This document shows, piece after piece, positions 1 through 9,626 of a stretch of 64,000 nucleotides of DNA. Source of the stretch: a virus (taxonomy: Duplodnaviria > Heunggongvirae > Uroviricota > Caudoviricetes); the IMG/VR virus record IMGVR_UViG_3300035498_000944, one strand, 5' to 3'. Within the stretch, counting starts at the first letter, position 1, and every line of letters starts with the position of its first letter. The translations under genes were made by a program, and so were the position numbers. The notes beneath the pieces were generated by a model that did no database searches, had not been told where the DNA came from, and was given only the letters and a program-made list of their open reading frames with translations.

Positions 1-43
1 CAGGCTCTCCAAAAGAAAAATATATCATAGATTCACTTCCTTT

Positions 44-556
44 TTAAAATATACAGCAATTAGCATTCAATTGCATCACAGCTCTTAAATAGTTGTAACG
101 TTCCTCGCAGTCATAGTACTGATCATATAAACTTTCAGACTTGAAGTAATTCATCCAGTCTTTTAAGATGCTCAAAGTCATATCAGCTTCCCCGAGAGCA
201 AGTTCAGTAGGAGCGGACTCGATAGAGTTTATAGCACTATTATAGGCATCAACAGCCGACTCATAACTAGTTCTTGCATTATAGAATTTCATATCTAATT
301 CATATTCTGGTTTTTCTACAGCTTCTATAAACAGATTAGCAAGTAACTTCTCAGCGAGAGTGTTTAACTCTATACTATCAGATTTTGTATGGAGTATAGC
401 TTGCAAATACAATATTGATTTGTAAGCATTTGCCTCACCTGATTCTAGTAACTCAGTACCTTCATCTAACAGAGTATACTCATCTGCAGACAGAGACTGT
501 ACATCTGTTCTTATCTGGCTAACGATTTCATTGATTCTTTCTGTAAGTGATTTCAT
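44..556 (-). CDS. hypothetical protein
   Basis: Complete ORF of 170 aa with no recognisable motifs. Confidence 0.4.
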   Translation of the reverse strand: MKSLTERINEIVSQIRTDVQSLSADEYTLLDEGTELLESGEANAYKSILYLQAILHTKSDSIELNTLAEKLLANLFIEAVEKPEYELDMKFYNARTSYESAVDAYNSAINSIESAPTELALGEADMTLSILKDWMNYFKSESLYDQYYDCEERYNYLRAVMQLNANCCIF

Positions 557-586
557 AATCTAGTACTTCCTTTCTTATATTCTTAA

Positions 587-1105
587 TCATTGCTCTTTTA
601 AACCAGCGATATCAAGATACCTATATGATATATGCATAGTAGGTATAAGATACTCCTGAGAAGTTCCTATATCTTTAGATAACTCATCCCATGGATCAGG
701 ATCATAAACACATTTATAATAAGGACCATAGTAGGAAAATTCAACATAACTTTCATTGGGATTTATAACGTGCTGATTTTTATTGTACACGTAAATACCA
801 TGAGCAAATGTATAAGAGTTATTTATATTACCATACAAACCCTTAGGATACAAATCTGAATATGTAGCCTTTGTGTAATGTACACACTGTAAGAAGCCTT
901 CCTCTTGAACCCATATATGTTCATTACCATGTTCCTGAATTATCTCATTTATTCTTTCATAAGTAGCATTTTCTTTAGGTATTGTTATACCCCAACCTAT
1001 AGCTAAATCCTCAGCAACGATAGGTTGTTTCTCTGGTATAAGACTAGCCCAATACTCATACTCCTTTGTATTCTCAGAAGCTATATAAGCATTTATCTGA
1101 AACAT
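587..1105 (-). CDS. hypothetical protein
   Basis: ORF of 172 aa, Tyr/Trp-rich, no recognised domain. Confidence 0.4.
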   Translation of the reverse strand: MFQINAYIASENTKEYEYWASLIPEKQPIVAEDLAIGWGITIPKENATYERINEIIQEHGNEHIWVQEEGFLQCVHYTKATYSDLYPKGLYGNINNSYTFAHGIYVYNKNQHVINPNESYVEFSYYGPYYKCVYDPDPWDELSKDIGTSQEYLIPTMHISYRYLDIAGLKEQ

Positions 1106-1133
1106 AAAATAATACCCCCTCTATAAATAAAGT

Positions 1134-1979
1134 TTATATATCGTATCTCATAGATGCTATTTCTGAAACATCTTTTTCTGTCCATCCTGAATATAATAAG
1201 ATATCACGTATATATGGTACACCATCTTTATCCAAGCCAAGATATACTTTCATATCGGCTACATAATAAGGTATATCATACTCGGCATCTTGTCTATGAT
1301 TAGACTTCACTCCACAAATCACAATTCCTTTTCTAGTATGTTTGATATCGAATATATTCGTAAAACTATGATATGCTACCTTATCTTCCTCTGTCTGATT
1401 TAGAGCGTCATAAGTACTCTCCCCAATCAAAAGTCTACCTTGGAAGATATAACGATCTGCACCATGATAGTTACACATTCCCGTAAAATTAATGAACCTA
1501 TTGCCACTAGAATCTTCTACGCTATTACCATAGCGATCAGTTGTTAATACAGTACATAAACTATCACCCTTGAGTAATCGGATCTTAGCAATATCTTCAG
1601 TAGTACCCCAAAACTCATACATAGCTTTGTGACTCTGAAATGTATTTCCTAAATGATCTACCGCAGGCATTTCAGATACAGGGATAACAGGCTCTGTTAG
1701 TGCCTTCTCTAAACTCATTCCAGTTTGCAATCTACGGCTCAAAATTTCCTTAGTGATATTGTAAGCATTACACAGATCCTCTACAGTATCATATGTATCA
1801 CCCTTGTGATCTGCAATATACTTACCAGTTGGAGAATCACCACTTAGTGCTTCACTGGGTGACCATCCCCACTTCAATCTTCTCTTATATAAATAATACG
1901 GAACTTCCCATATCTCACACATTATTTCTTCTGTAGGGTATGGATTTCCTAAAACATCATAAACCATAATTAAAGTCAT
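1134..1979 (-). CDS. hypothetical protein
   Basis: ORF of 281 aa. Its stop overlaps the start of the next gene by 4 nt, which suggests operon coupling. Confidence 0.45.
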   Translation of the reverse strand: MTLIMVYDVLGNPYPTEEIMCEIWEVPYYLYKRRLKWGWSPSEALSGDSPTGKYIADHKGDTYDTVEDLCNAYNITKEILSRRLQTGMSLEKALTEPVIPVSEMPAVDHLGNTFQSHKAMYEFWGTTEDIAKIRLLKGDSLCTVLTTDRYGNSVEDSSGNRFINFTGMCNYHGADRYIFQGRLLIGESTYDALNQTEEDKVAYHSFTNIFDIKHTRKGIVICGVKSNHRQDAEYDIPYYVADMKVYLGLDKDGVPYIRDILLYSGWTEKDVSEIASMRYDI

Positions 1980-2542
1980 CTCCCTTTTGTTAATCTCAAC
2001 TGCATTAATTTGTATTCATTGTGTTCATACAAATTACCTATAGTAGTAAAACCATACTTCTGTAATAATCGTCCTGAACGATCATCTACAGCAGTAGCAG
2101 TTATATCACTAATAGCATAATCATTTTTAATATTATGGTTTATAGCATCCAGCATTTTTAACATTAAGCTAGAGCCTATACCTCTTTCCTGATATTCTTT
2201 CCTGATAGCAACAGATAAGAGGTAAATATGATTATCAAAATCTTTATCTAAATCAGCTATATCGTGTGCACGAATATTGTTATTATAAAATCTGTCAGCA
2301 TCTGAAATACTATCATACAAACTGTCCGTTATAGGAAAATAACATATGTAGCCTATAAGCTCATTTTCGTAAATAGCAACTGTATATAAATTAGGGCAAG
2401 CTAAGAATCTGGTTAATATAGCATCGTCTGTGCCCTGAAGCTCTTTATTGTAAACTTCTTCATCCAATTTCTGGAGTTCATCCAAAACATTGATATCTGT
2501 ATGGATATTTGTTGTCATAAATTTCAATTTATTAAAATCCAT
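1976..2542 (-). CDS. GNAT-family N-acetyltransferase (putative)
   Basis: The segment IRKEYQERGIGSSLMLKML...LLQKYGF resembles the GNAT acetyl-CoA-binding motif Q/RxxGxG/A followed by a C-terminal YGF. Confidence 0.5.
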   Translation of the reverse strand: MDFNKLKFMTTNIHTDINVLDELQKLDEEVYNKELQGTDDAILTRFLACPNLYTVAIYENELIGYICYFPITDSLYDSISDADRFYNNNIRAHDIADLDKDFDNHIYLLSVAIRKEYQERGIGSSLMLKMLDAINHNIKNDYAISDITATAVDDRSGRLLQKYGFTTIGNLYEHNEYKLMQLRLTKGR

Positions 2543-2579
2543 ATGGCATAAATTTCTCCCTTTTCTTGTTCTTTAGTTC

Positions 2580-3254
2580 TCAATTATTAACCTTATAAGT
2601 TAACTGAATATATGAATTGTCAAGGACTTTACTCTCTAGCAATTCTAAAGTCCTCAAGTCACAAAGTGATGAAACACTTGGTCCATCTATTAAAGTAGGA
2701 GTGTCATTGCCTCCAATTAATATAGGAGCAACAACAATATTAATGTAATCAATCAAGCCTTGCCTCAATAACATAGAATTAATAGTGCCGCCTGTTTGTA
2801 TAGTTATGGCTTCACAACCATAAAAGAAATAGAGCTCTTCAAATGCCTGTCTAAAGTTATAAATATCTTGCTGTATAACATCAACATTCTCAAGCTCTAA
2901 CCATGTTGCAGGATGTCTATCATTCTGTGTTATTATTACAAGATTATTTGCTTTGTGACTTAACCATTCAACACCCCTAGATGTTAAATGTGTATTATCT
3001 ACAACTACAAAATTAACATCTGTCTTCTCAGGAAATGAGTTTGTATTTGCACCAATCTTAGCCATTACAGCTCCAGAATTAAATGACCAAATATCTGTTG
3101 TTTGCTCAATATCATAGTACTGTTGTAAACCCTCTCTAACTCCAGGTAATGTAGGCAAGTCCTGATCAAAATCAAAATAATTTGTAGCACCGGTACTTAT
3201 CTTACCATCAACAGAAGCTAATAGGAATAGTGTAGTTACAGGTCTTTTACACAT
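2580..3254 (-). CDS. RibD C-terminal / dihydrofolate-reductase-like reductase domain protein (putative)
   Basis: LLASVDGKIS near the N-terminus and VVAPILIGGN near the C-terminus match the pattern of the RibD_C/DHFR fold. Confidence 0.45.
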   Translation of the reverse strand: MCKRPVTTLFLLASVDGKISTGATNYFDFDQDLPTLPGVREGLQQYYDIEQTTDIWSFNSGAVMAKIGANTNSFPEKTDVNFVVVDNTHLTSRGVEWLSHKANNLVIITQNDRHPATWLELENVDVIQQDIYNFRQAFEELYFFYGCEAITIQTGGTINSMLLRQGLIDYINIVVAPILIGGNDTPTLIDGPSVSSLCDLRTLELLESKVLDNSYIQLTYKVNN

Positions 3255-3277
3255 ATCTTACTCCTCCAATCTTTTAT

Positions 3278-3670
3278 CTAGTATCCACCTCTTATATCAT
3301 ATTCTCTTCTGTAATACAAATCATCGTAGTCTACTTCTTCTACAATAGGTAATGCTTCAACATATATATTGCCATAAGGATATCGTTTACCTTTAACTAT
3401 GAGACACCTCAGTCCAAGATACCCTAAGCTTGCAATGACTCCTACCTCTTTAAAATAGCTATCTGTAAAGTTTAAATATGCATCATCAAAATACACAATT
3501 TCATCTATGAAACAATTACAACCATATGCATCTTTTATAGCATTTTTAGCAAAGACCAATATGTTATGATGATCTGCCTCAGACAATAGCCTGATTACTT
3601 CATCATTGCCCCATTTTTCATTACCCCTCCTAGACTCACCCTCATACGTGCATATTGACATAAATATCAA
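3278..3670 (-). CDS. hypothetical protein
   Basis: ORF of 130 aa. Confidence 0.4.
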   Translation of the reverse strand: MIFMSICTYEGESRRGNEKWGNDEVIRLLSEADHHNILVFAKNAIKDAYGCNCFIDEIVYFDDAYLNFTDSYFKEVGVIASLGYLGLRCLIVKGKRYPYGNIYVEALPIVEEVDYDDLYYRREYDIRGGY

Positions 3671-3685
3671 TCCTCCTCTTTTGTT

Positions 3686-4786
3686 CTATCTTAGTAACTG
3701 TTCTATTTGATTATTAATTACTTTACTCAAGATATTTAAACGTTCTTTAGACAGATTAACTGTGTTGCTCTCCTTTAAAGTTATACCTCGTATATTTAAT
3801 AATTTATTTCTGGTTTCATTTGTCATTATATATTTAGGTAAGTCTATAAAATTACCACAACCACTGTCTAACTTGTGGCCTTTAGCTGACATATAAGAAT
3901 ATGGATCTTTTAAAGAAGTCATTGTGGCATAGCACAATAATGATATATTATGATCAAATAATGGAGCTGGTCCTAATATTTCAAAAGTATCATTATCTAT
4001 CATAAATCCAAAGTTATTCATATGTCTATCCTCATTCATTATAATAGCATCAATAACTAACATATCACTTATAAACTGAGAGTATCCCCATTCTGTGTAT
4101 GTTTTTACAAGATCAGGCAGACCTGTAATGTGTTTGTTACGTCTAGAGAATGGTATAAATCCATATTTCTCTGAAGTGAACAAATTACAAGATGTGCAAA
4201 CTTTTTTGTTACGTAACATTATATCATAAGATACATGATTCACCCCAAAACAATCAAGTAAATATGAAGCATAGTATTCTGAATAAGGTTCTAATCCTGT
4301 GTTAGAAAATCCTTCTGAACCTCTCTTTAAAAGTTTTACAATACCATTCTCTCTCACCCAACATTTAGCAAAAGATCCATCTGTACTAAACTCTGGTGAA
4401 GTTGATGATAGTGTAATGTTATTTATACCACCATCGAAAGCTGTATTAGCTATAACGACATTAAAAGGATTCCTATATAAAGATACATTATCCCAGCGTA
4501 AGTCAAAATCACTATCACTTTTCACCCAAAGTGTATCATTAAGACTAAGAGCATGAGTTACTCTTAGATATCCTTCTAAAGAATTACAGTCATAAATTGA
4601 TAACAATTTAGCTATATGCTCTCTATGCTTAGGAGCACGTCTATCAACCAAGAACAAATAAATATTTGTAATCCAAGCAGGAAGTTGGGAATATATTTCT
4701 ACAAACTCTGCACCTTCTGTAGCCATCTCATGTGTAAGCTTGAAAGATGCTAATCGGGTATCTTTGTTCATTAAATAATATAACAT
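3686..4786 (-). CDS. hypothetical protein, possible HipA-like Ser/Thr kinase fold
   Basis: IIMNEDRHMNNFGFMID resembles the HipA_C catalytic D-x-H-x-x-N segment and FAKCWVREN...IVKLLKRG resembles the HipA ATP-binding lysine region. The match is weak. Confidence 0.3.
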   Translation of the reverse strand: MLYYLMNKDTRLASFKLTHEMATEGAEFVEIYSQLPAWITNIYLFLVDRRAPKHREHIAKLLSIYDCNSLEGYLRVTHALSLNDTLWVKSDSDFDLRWDNVSLYRNPFNVVIANTAFDGGINNITLSSTSPEFSTDGSFAKCWVRENGIVKLLKRGSEGFSNTGLEPYSEYYASYLLDCFGVNHVSYDIMLRNKKVCTSCNLFTSEKYGFIPFSRRNKHITGLPDLVKTYTEWGYSQFISDMLVIDAIIMNEDRHMNNFGFMIDNDTFEILGPAPLFDHNISLLCYATMTSLKDPYSYMSAKGHKLDSGCGNFIDLPKYIMTNETRNKLLNIRGITLKESNTVNLSKERLNILSKVINNQIEQLLR

Positions 4787-4816
4787 TATCCAAACCTCCT
4801 TGTTTGTTCTAGTTTA

Positions 4817-5089
4817 TCATAATTCTACATCAAACATACAATTAGAATCTTTCTTCACTTTGGGCTTTTCTACAATAATAAGGAAACCTTCAACTATAGC
4901 CTTAAGTTCTTCAACATAAGTCAATACGCTAGCAGTATCATGAGGGTCTATTTTGTTAGCCTTATCATGAAGAGCCAGCAACATTTCAGAATTTGTTTCA
5001 TACTCCTTACCATCATTTAGAGCATCCTTTATTCTTTCTATTCCAATTTCATCAAAAACCATTGTTACTTCATTCTCTGTAAAACTCAT
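4817..5089 (-). CDS. hypothetical protein
   Basis: Acidic ORF of 90 aa. Confidence 0.4.
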   Translation of the reverse strand: MSFTENEVTMVFDEIGIERIKDALNDGKEYETNSEMLLALHDKANKIDPHDTASVLTYVEELKAIVEGFLIIVEKPKVKKDSNCMFDVEL

Positions 5090-5116
5090 TATTTCTTCAT
5101 CCTTTCAAATTACATC

Positions 5117-6082
5117 TTATCCAATGTTATATTCTGCAAATGTTTTATCTATCTGGTCTGCAATCATTTCATCAACGTTGTCATAACCAGCTTCCTTAAG
5201 TGATGACTGTATATCCTCACTCGGAGAAATTCTTGTCATCAACACTACAAGATTCTTAGCCATACCACTGAGGAATGCTTTAGCATCTTTATCCTTCTCA
5301 TAGTTGTCAGCTAAGACATAAAAATACTCTGAATATTCTTTAAGTCCTTCATTTATATTGTCTACATCGTCAGCGCTTGCTACTGCAGCCATAATAGCTA
5401 TAGCAGGTTCAATACCGTTATTTTCTTTACCAGCTGAGATAGCCTTCTCTATAGAACTATCCAAATTATCAGCTTCTATGTTCACACCAAAGAAAGTTGC
5501 AACTACACCATCAGGCGTGGAAGTATCAGCATACACAGAAGTCGTATTATCAGCAACTTCTAAGGTAGATGATGACGTTACACCATCATCCACCTTTATG
5601 TTAAGTTCTTTAGTAGTGCCAGGAAGTGTAACTGTTTTCTTAACAGCATCCCAAACTACATCTATATCCTCATCTCTCAAAAAGCTTAAAGGAATATAAT
5701 TATAACCATTCTTGTTGATTACATCAACTTCCTTAGGAAGTTCTGTACTTATAAGATTAGTGGTCCATTTAGAGCCTTCACGAACTATACTGTAAACAAT
5801 TGACTTAAAGTCTTCAGTATCGGTTTTGTACACAGCAATAAAGTTAGGCACATTGAAATCATCAGTTGTAAATTCAACTGAGAATGTAGTACCATCTTGT
5901 AACGTAAAAGATCTAAACAAGTTCAGTGGTACATAAGTCTGCTCATTATGCAAAATAGCATCCTGTGCAACCTGACCACTAGCAGTGTTTACATAACACT
6001 TGATGTTCTTATCAACATCCTGTGCAAAGACTGGCATAACTGTAAAAGACGTAGCTAATAATAAACATAAAAACTTTTTCAT
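5117..6082 (-). CDS. secreted protein with copper-amine-oxidase-N-terminal-like (stalk) repeats
   Basis: N-terminal signal peptide MKKFLCLLLATSFTVMPVFAQD. The repeated YVPLNLFRSF and YIPLSFLRD motifs are typical of cu_amine_oxidN1-like domains of Firmicutes surface proteins. Confidence 0.5.
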   Translation of the reverse strand: MKKFLCLLLATSFTVMPVFAQDVDKNIKCYVNTASGQVAQDAILHNEQTYVPLNLFRSFTLQDGTTFSVEFTTDDFNVPNFIAVYKTDTEDFKSIVYSIVREGSKWTTNLISTELPKEVDVINKNGYNYIPLSFLRDEDIDVVWDAVKKTVTLPGTTKELNIKVDDGVTSSSTLEVADNTTSVYADTSTPDGVVATFFGVNIEADNLDSSIEKAISAGKENNGIEPAIAIMAAVASADDVDNINEGLKEYSEYFYVLADNYEKDKDAKAFLSGMAKNLVVLMTRISPSEDIQSSLKEAGYDNVDEMIADQIDKTFAEYNIG

Positions 6083-6096
6083 TTAGTGTTTCCTCC

Positions 6097-6603
6097 TTAT
6101 TTTAACTCATCTGAGTTTATTACATTATGATCTCCTATATTATACTCCAACATCTTTATGGCAGAATCATGTTGAGATGCACCCTGAGTGCAGGCACAAC
6201 AATCTTTCACTACTGTTGTAGATATACCTTTACCAAACGCATCAAGAGCTGTAGCCATGATACAGGCATTTGTTTCAAGTCCTACTAAATATAACTTGTC
6301 TATGTTGTTATCATTTATGAACTTGAGTACTTCCTTTGTTAGACAGCTATAACTTTCCTTATTGAAAACTCTTAATGGATAAGCATCAAACACTCTACAC
6401 AAAGCTCTTCCCTCGGCTGTAGTACAACCATAGTATTTAAGCTCGTCTGTATAGATACTATGTATATGATTGATAAATTTAGTGGCTATCATATAATCAA
6501 ATTTATGTCTATCCATAAGTCTTGTTATTCTATTAAGAATAGCTATAGTTTCATCTGTTATAAAATCCTGTTGCATATCTACAATAATTAAACATGTATT
6601 CAT
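6097..6603 (-). CDS. isochorismatase-family cysteine hydrolase (nicotinamidase-like)
   Basis: LIIVDMQQDF at the N-terminus and LVGLETNACIMATALDA carrying the catalytic Cys are hallmark isochorismatase/PncA family motifs. Confidence 0.7.
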   Translation of the reverse strand: MNTCLIIVDMQQDFITDETIAILNRITRLMDRHKFDYMIATKFINHIHSIYTDELKYYGCTTAEGRALCRVFDAYPLRVFNKESYSCLTKEVLKFINDNNIDKLYLVGLETNACIMATALDAFGKGISTTVVKDCCACTQGASQHDSAIKMLEYNIGDHNVINSDELK

Positions 6604-6663
6604 AAAATATATTAATTCCTTTCACTAACAATTACTACTTATCACTTGTACTTATTATATTTG

Positions 6664-6735
6664 ATGGGTATACTGGAATCGAACCAATGATACTGGAATT
6701 GTTAATTCTGTGCCTTACCACTTGGCTAATACCCA
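6664..6735 (-). tRNA. tRNA-like gene with canonical acceptor, D- and T-arms (GGTTCGATTCC) but an irregular anticodon stem. Formally the anticodon is AAC (Val), or this is a degenerate tRNA.
   Basis: Reverse complement reads TGGGTATTAGCCAAGTGGTAAGGCACAGAATTAACAATTCCAGTATCATTGGTTCGATTCCAGTATACCCAT. U8 is present, the T-loop TTCGATT is canonical and the acceptor stem pairs. The anticodon stem CAGAA/TTCCA has two mismatches (27-43 and 28-42). Confidence 0.55.
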
Positions 6736-6740
6736 ATATT

Positions 6741-6768
6741 AGGAGAGATACTTTTATATATCTCTCCT
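6741..6768 (-). other. perfect 10-bp hairpin (AGGAGAGATA / TATCTCTCCT, 8-nt loop) between the stop of the Cys-rich gene and the tRNA. Possible terminator or processing signal.
   Basis: The inverted repeat was seen directly in the sequence. It is not followed by a strong U-tract. Confidence 0.4.
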
Positions 6769-6777
6769 CATGTTAGA

Positions 6778-6963
6778 TCAACTATAAGATCTGCGTCTAT
6801 TTAAATCTCTTATAGTATTTAAATGACTATAAGAGTCACACATATGCTCAAGGCGATCTCTATCTTTCATTGCTTTCAACTCTTGTTTAAACTTAGCATA
6901 AATCTCACAGTGTGAGTGACAGCCTGAGTATCTTTTAGTACAATTTTTACAACCTGAGTTCAT
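6778..6963 (-). CDS. small Cys/His-rich protein (putative zinc-binding)
   Basis: 61 aa, with CKNC...C.S.C...H at the N-terminus and a basic C-terminus. Confidence 0.4.
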   Translation of the reverse strand: MNSGCKNCTKRYSGCHSHCEIYAKFKQELKAMKDRDRLEHMCDSYSHLNTIRDLNRRRSYS

Positions 6964-6989
6964 AGCAAAATTCCCTTTCTCTATGTATA

Positions 6990-7244
6990 TTAGACGGCTT
7001 TCTTTTTAGCCATCCACATAGCCTTTGTAGCAGCTGCACCTCTCTTAGCACTATCTGCTTTATTAAGTTTTAGTAATGCATCTACCTCACTATATAAACC
7101 ACTGTTAACCTTAGGCAGATCATGTCTAAAAACATTATGTAGCATACTCTTAGATATACCAGTTTCGGCAGATAATCTTCTAAGAGTATAATCACCACTT
7201 ACAAATAAAAACGCAAGTCTTTCAACATCGTCTTTAACCCTCAT
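6990..7244 (-). CDS. spoIIID: SpoIIID-like HTH transcriptional regulator
   Basis: 84 aa. GISKSMLHNVFRHDLPKVN...EV..LL..NK....RGAAATK follows the SpoIIID signature G.SKS.VH.DL...LP..N...EV.......K....RGG.ATK. Confidence 0.55.
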   Translation of the reverse strand: MRVKDDVERLAFLFVSGDYTLRRLSAETGISKSMLHNVFRHDLPKVNSGLYSEVDALLKLNKADSAKRGAAATKAMWMAKKKAV

Positions 7245-7270
7245 ATATTACAACCCCTTCTAAACTTGTA

Positions 7271-8602
7271 TTAATCTAAGAAAGGCTCATTAGCCTTTGC
7301 ATCAGCTTCAAGTTTCTTTTTAAGTAAGTCTGGGATATCAATACCAGTAGAAGATTTAATGATACTCATTACATTAGTAGCACCATCAAGAACTGCATTT
7401 GACATTTTTGAGATATTCTCTCCACCACCGACAACTGTAACATTATCTATAGCACTAAGAGGCTTAGCAACACTCTCAGCAACCTGTGGAAGCTTCTCAG
7501 CCACAATGTCAATCATAGCGGCAGAGCCATATTGCTTGTAAGCTTCTGCTTTGATCTTCATGGCTTTTGCCTCAGCTTCACCCTTAGCAAGTATAACAGC
7601 AGCTTCTGCATCACCCTTCATTTTTATAGCAGCAGCTTCTGCCTCAGCTTCGACTTTCTTTTGTTCTGCAATAGCTTGAGCTTCAATGATCACACGTTCC
7701 TTCTCTGCCTCTGCAGGTTTAATAACAGATGCAATAAGTTCCTTCTCTTTTGTCTGAGCCTGCTGTATAGCGAGTTGTTCTTCCTGCTTAGCAATTATCT
7801 CTTTCTGGCGAATGTCTTCAAGTACACCAGCTGCATCAGCTTTCTTTGTAGCTTCTGCTTGCTCACCACGATATTGCTCAAGACTAAGATGCTTATATTT
7901 AACTGAAGCAGCAATTTCTGTATCAGCTAGAAGCTTAGCCTTCTTACCATCTCTATCAGCCTGAGATGTCTGAATATCTGTATCTCTCTGCTTTTCAGCT
8001 GTAGCGATGTCAGCCTCTGCTTTAGATGCTGCTGTCTGCTGAGCAGCTTTGTTTTCAAGATACTTAGATGATGGAGTGGCAACTTTAGCCAGAGTATAGG
8101 ATATAAGCTCAAGACCCATCTTAGCCATATCATCAGCAGTACCTTGCTTTACATTAGCAGAAAACTTTTCCATGTCAGCAATGATATCATCAATTGTCAT
8201 AGTAGCAACAATTGAACGAAGCTGACCTATAAGAACTCTTGTTACAGATTCTGCTATCTTGTTCTTAGTATCCTTCTGAGAACCTTGACAGAATTGTTCT
8301 ACAGCAGTCGCAACAGCCTTAGGATTTGACGCAACTTTAACCATTGCTGTACCATACACGTCAACAAGAAGACCACCTTGTGAAGTTGACTCTTTAATCT
8401 CAACTGTAAGCGGTATAGATTCAAGTGATATAATACAAGTCTTTTCAATTCCAGGTATAATAAAAGAACCTTTACCTATGAGGGTACGAGGTTTTAAACC
8501 TGTAACCTGAATAGCTTCATCCGCATGTGGAGACCTCCAACAGATAATAAAAAATAAGATAACAGCTATGATTATAGTACCTGCAATAATAACATATAAC
8601 AT
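7271..8602 (-). CDS. flotillin-like SPFH/Band-7 protein (FloT-like)
   Basis: N-terminal TM segment, SPFH-like core, then a long Ala/Glu/Lys-rich coiled coil (AEAEAAAIKMKGDAEAAVILAKGEAEAKAMKIKAEAYKQYG) typical of flotillins. GGAGG RBS upstream. Confidence 0.7.
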   Translation of the reverse strand: MLYVIIAGTIIIAVILFFIICWRSPHADEAIQVTGLKPRTLIGKGSFIIPGIEKTCIISLESIPLTVEIKESTSQGGLLVDVYGTAMVKVASNPKAVATAVEQFCQGSQKDTKNKIAESVTRVLIGQLRSIVATMTIDDIIADMEKFSANVKQGTADDMAKMGLELISYTLAKVATPSSKYLENKAAQQTAASKAEADIATAEKQRDTDIQTSQADRDGKKAKLLADTEIAASVKYKHLSLEQYRGEQAEATKKADAAGVLEDIRQKEIIAKQEEQLAIQQAQTKEKELIASVIKPAEAEKERVIIEAQAIAEQKKVEAEAEAAAIKMKGDAEAAVILAKGEAEAKAMKIKAEAYKQYGSAAMIDIVAEKLPQVAESVAKPLSAIDNVTVVGGGENISKMSNAVLDGATNVMSIIKSSTGIDIPDLLKKKLEADAKANEPFLD

Positions 8603-8671
8603 AATATTAGTACCTCCTAAATATTAAATTTAAAAATGTTACTTCTGTATGTTTCTAAATTTATCTTATGA

Positions 8672-9616
8672 TTAGAATAAAGGTTTCCTTGCCCTTAGGT
8701 AATACTTAGAGATGGTTGGTCTACACTGAAATCCAAAGGTATTATCTTCACAATAATCTTTGAAATTATCTGGAGTTAATAGATCTTTCAACTTTAAACA
8801 CCATTCGAACATGTAGTTTGTAGTTTTAACATTAGACATATTGAAATTACAGATATCTAGGTATCCCAAATTCTCACAACCATCAAACATGCTCGACATA
8901 CTCTCAACCTTGGAGGTATCAAAGTTATAAAGCTCTAAATATTTTAAAGTACTACAATTCTTAAACATAGAATGCATGTCTGTTACTTTGGACGTATCAA
9001 AATGAAGAATATCTAGCCATTTTAAACTAGGACACTCCCAAAACATACAAGACATATCTTCAACATTAGAGGTGTCAAAACTACTAAGGTTTATAGTTTC
9101 TAGATTCCTACAATTCCAAAACATGCAAGACATATCTTTAACCTTTGAGGTATTAAAGCCAGATAAATCTAACTTATACAAACTATGACATCCAGCAAAC
9201 ATAAGCTTCATCTCCGTTACATTAGAAGTGTTAAAGTTGCTAAGATCTATATATTCCAAATGCATACAGGCATCAAACATACGTGACATACATGTTACAT
9301 TCGCTGTATTAAGATTATTAAGCTCAGCAGTAGTTAACTCAAAACAACTATAAAACATACCTCTCATGTTCTTAACATTGCTAGTATCTAACAAGTCATT
9401 TAAATTGACATGTTTCAAACTAGAACAATCTTTAAATAAATAAGAACAATCATCAGGCAGAATAACTTGATAACCATCCATAAATGCCGGGAGATCTATA
9501 TCTCGTACTTTCTTTTTCTTCACGAGCCTATTTATCTTTACCCAGCCATCACCATAAGTACTACTGAATATATTGTCAAATTGCTCACGAGACATCTTTG
9601 ACAATTTAATCAACAC
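8672..9616 (-). CDS. BspA/DUF285-like LRR repeat protein, paralog 1 (314 aa)
   Basis: Conserved N-terminal module (...GDGWVKINR...LPDDCSYLF) followed by 26-aa MF..C..L..LD.S.F.TS.V..M repeats. Confidence 0.75.
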   Translation of the reverse strand: MLIKLSKMSREQFDNIFSSTYGDGWVKINRLVKKKKVRDIDLPAFMDGYQVILPDDCSYLFKDCSSLKHVNLNDLLDTSNVKNMRGMFYSCFELTTAELNNLNTANVTCMSRMFDACMHLEYIDLSNFNTSNVTEMKLMFAGCHSLYKLDLSGFNTSKVKDMSCMFWNCRNLETINLSSFDTSNVEDMSCMFWECPSLKWLDILHFDTSKVTDMHSMFKNCSTLKYLELYNFDTSKVESMSSMFDGCENLGYLDICNFNMSNVKTTNYMFEWCLKLKDLLTPDNFKDYCEDNTFGFQCRPTISKYYLRARKPLF

Positions 9617-9626
9617 CTTTCTTTAT

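Noticed and set aside
4299-5699. Plus-strand ORFs 4299-4556 and 5358-5699.
   Set aside because: They lie inside longer minus-strand genes and have no RBS. The entire region is transcribed from the minus strand.
7359-8133. Plus-strand ORFs 7359-7541 and 7532-7906 and minus-strand 7927-8133, all inside the flotillin gene.
   Set aside because: They are embedded in or overlap a well-supported 443-aa flotillin ORF. Low-complexity coiled-coil codons create spurious alternative frames.
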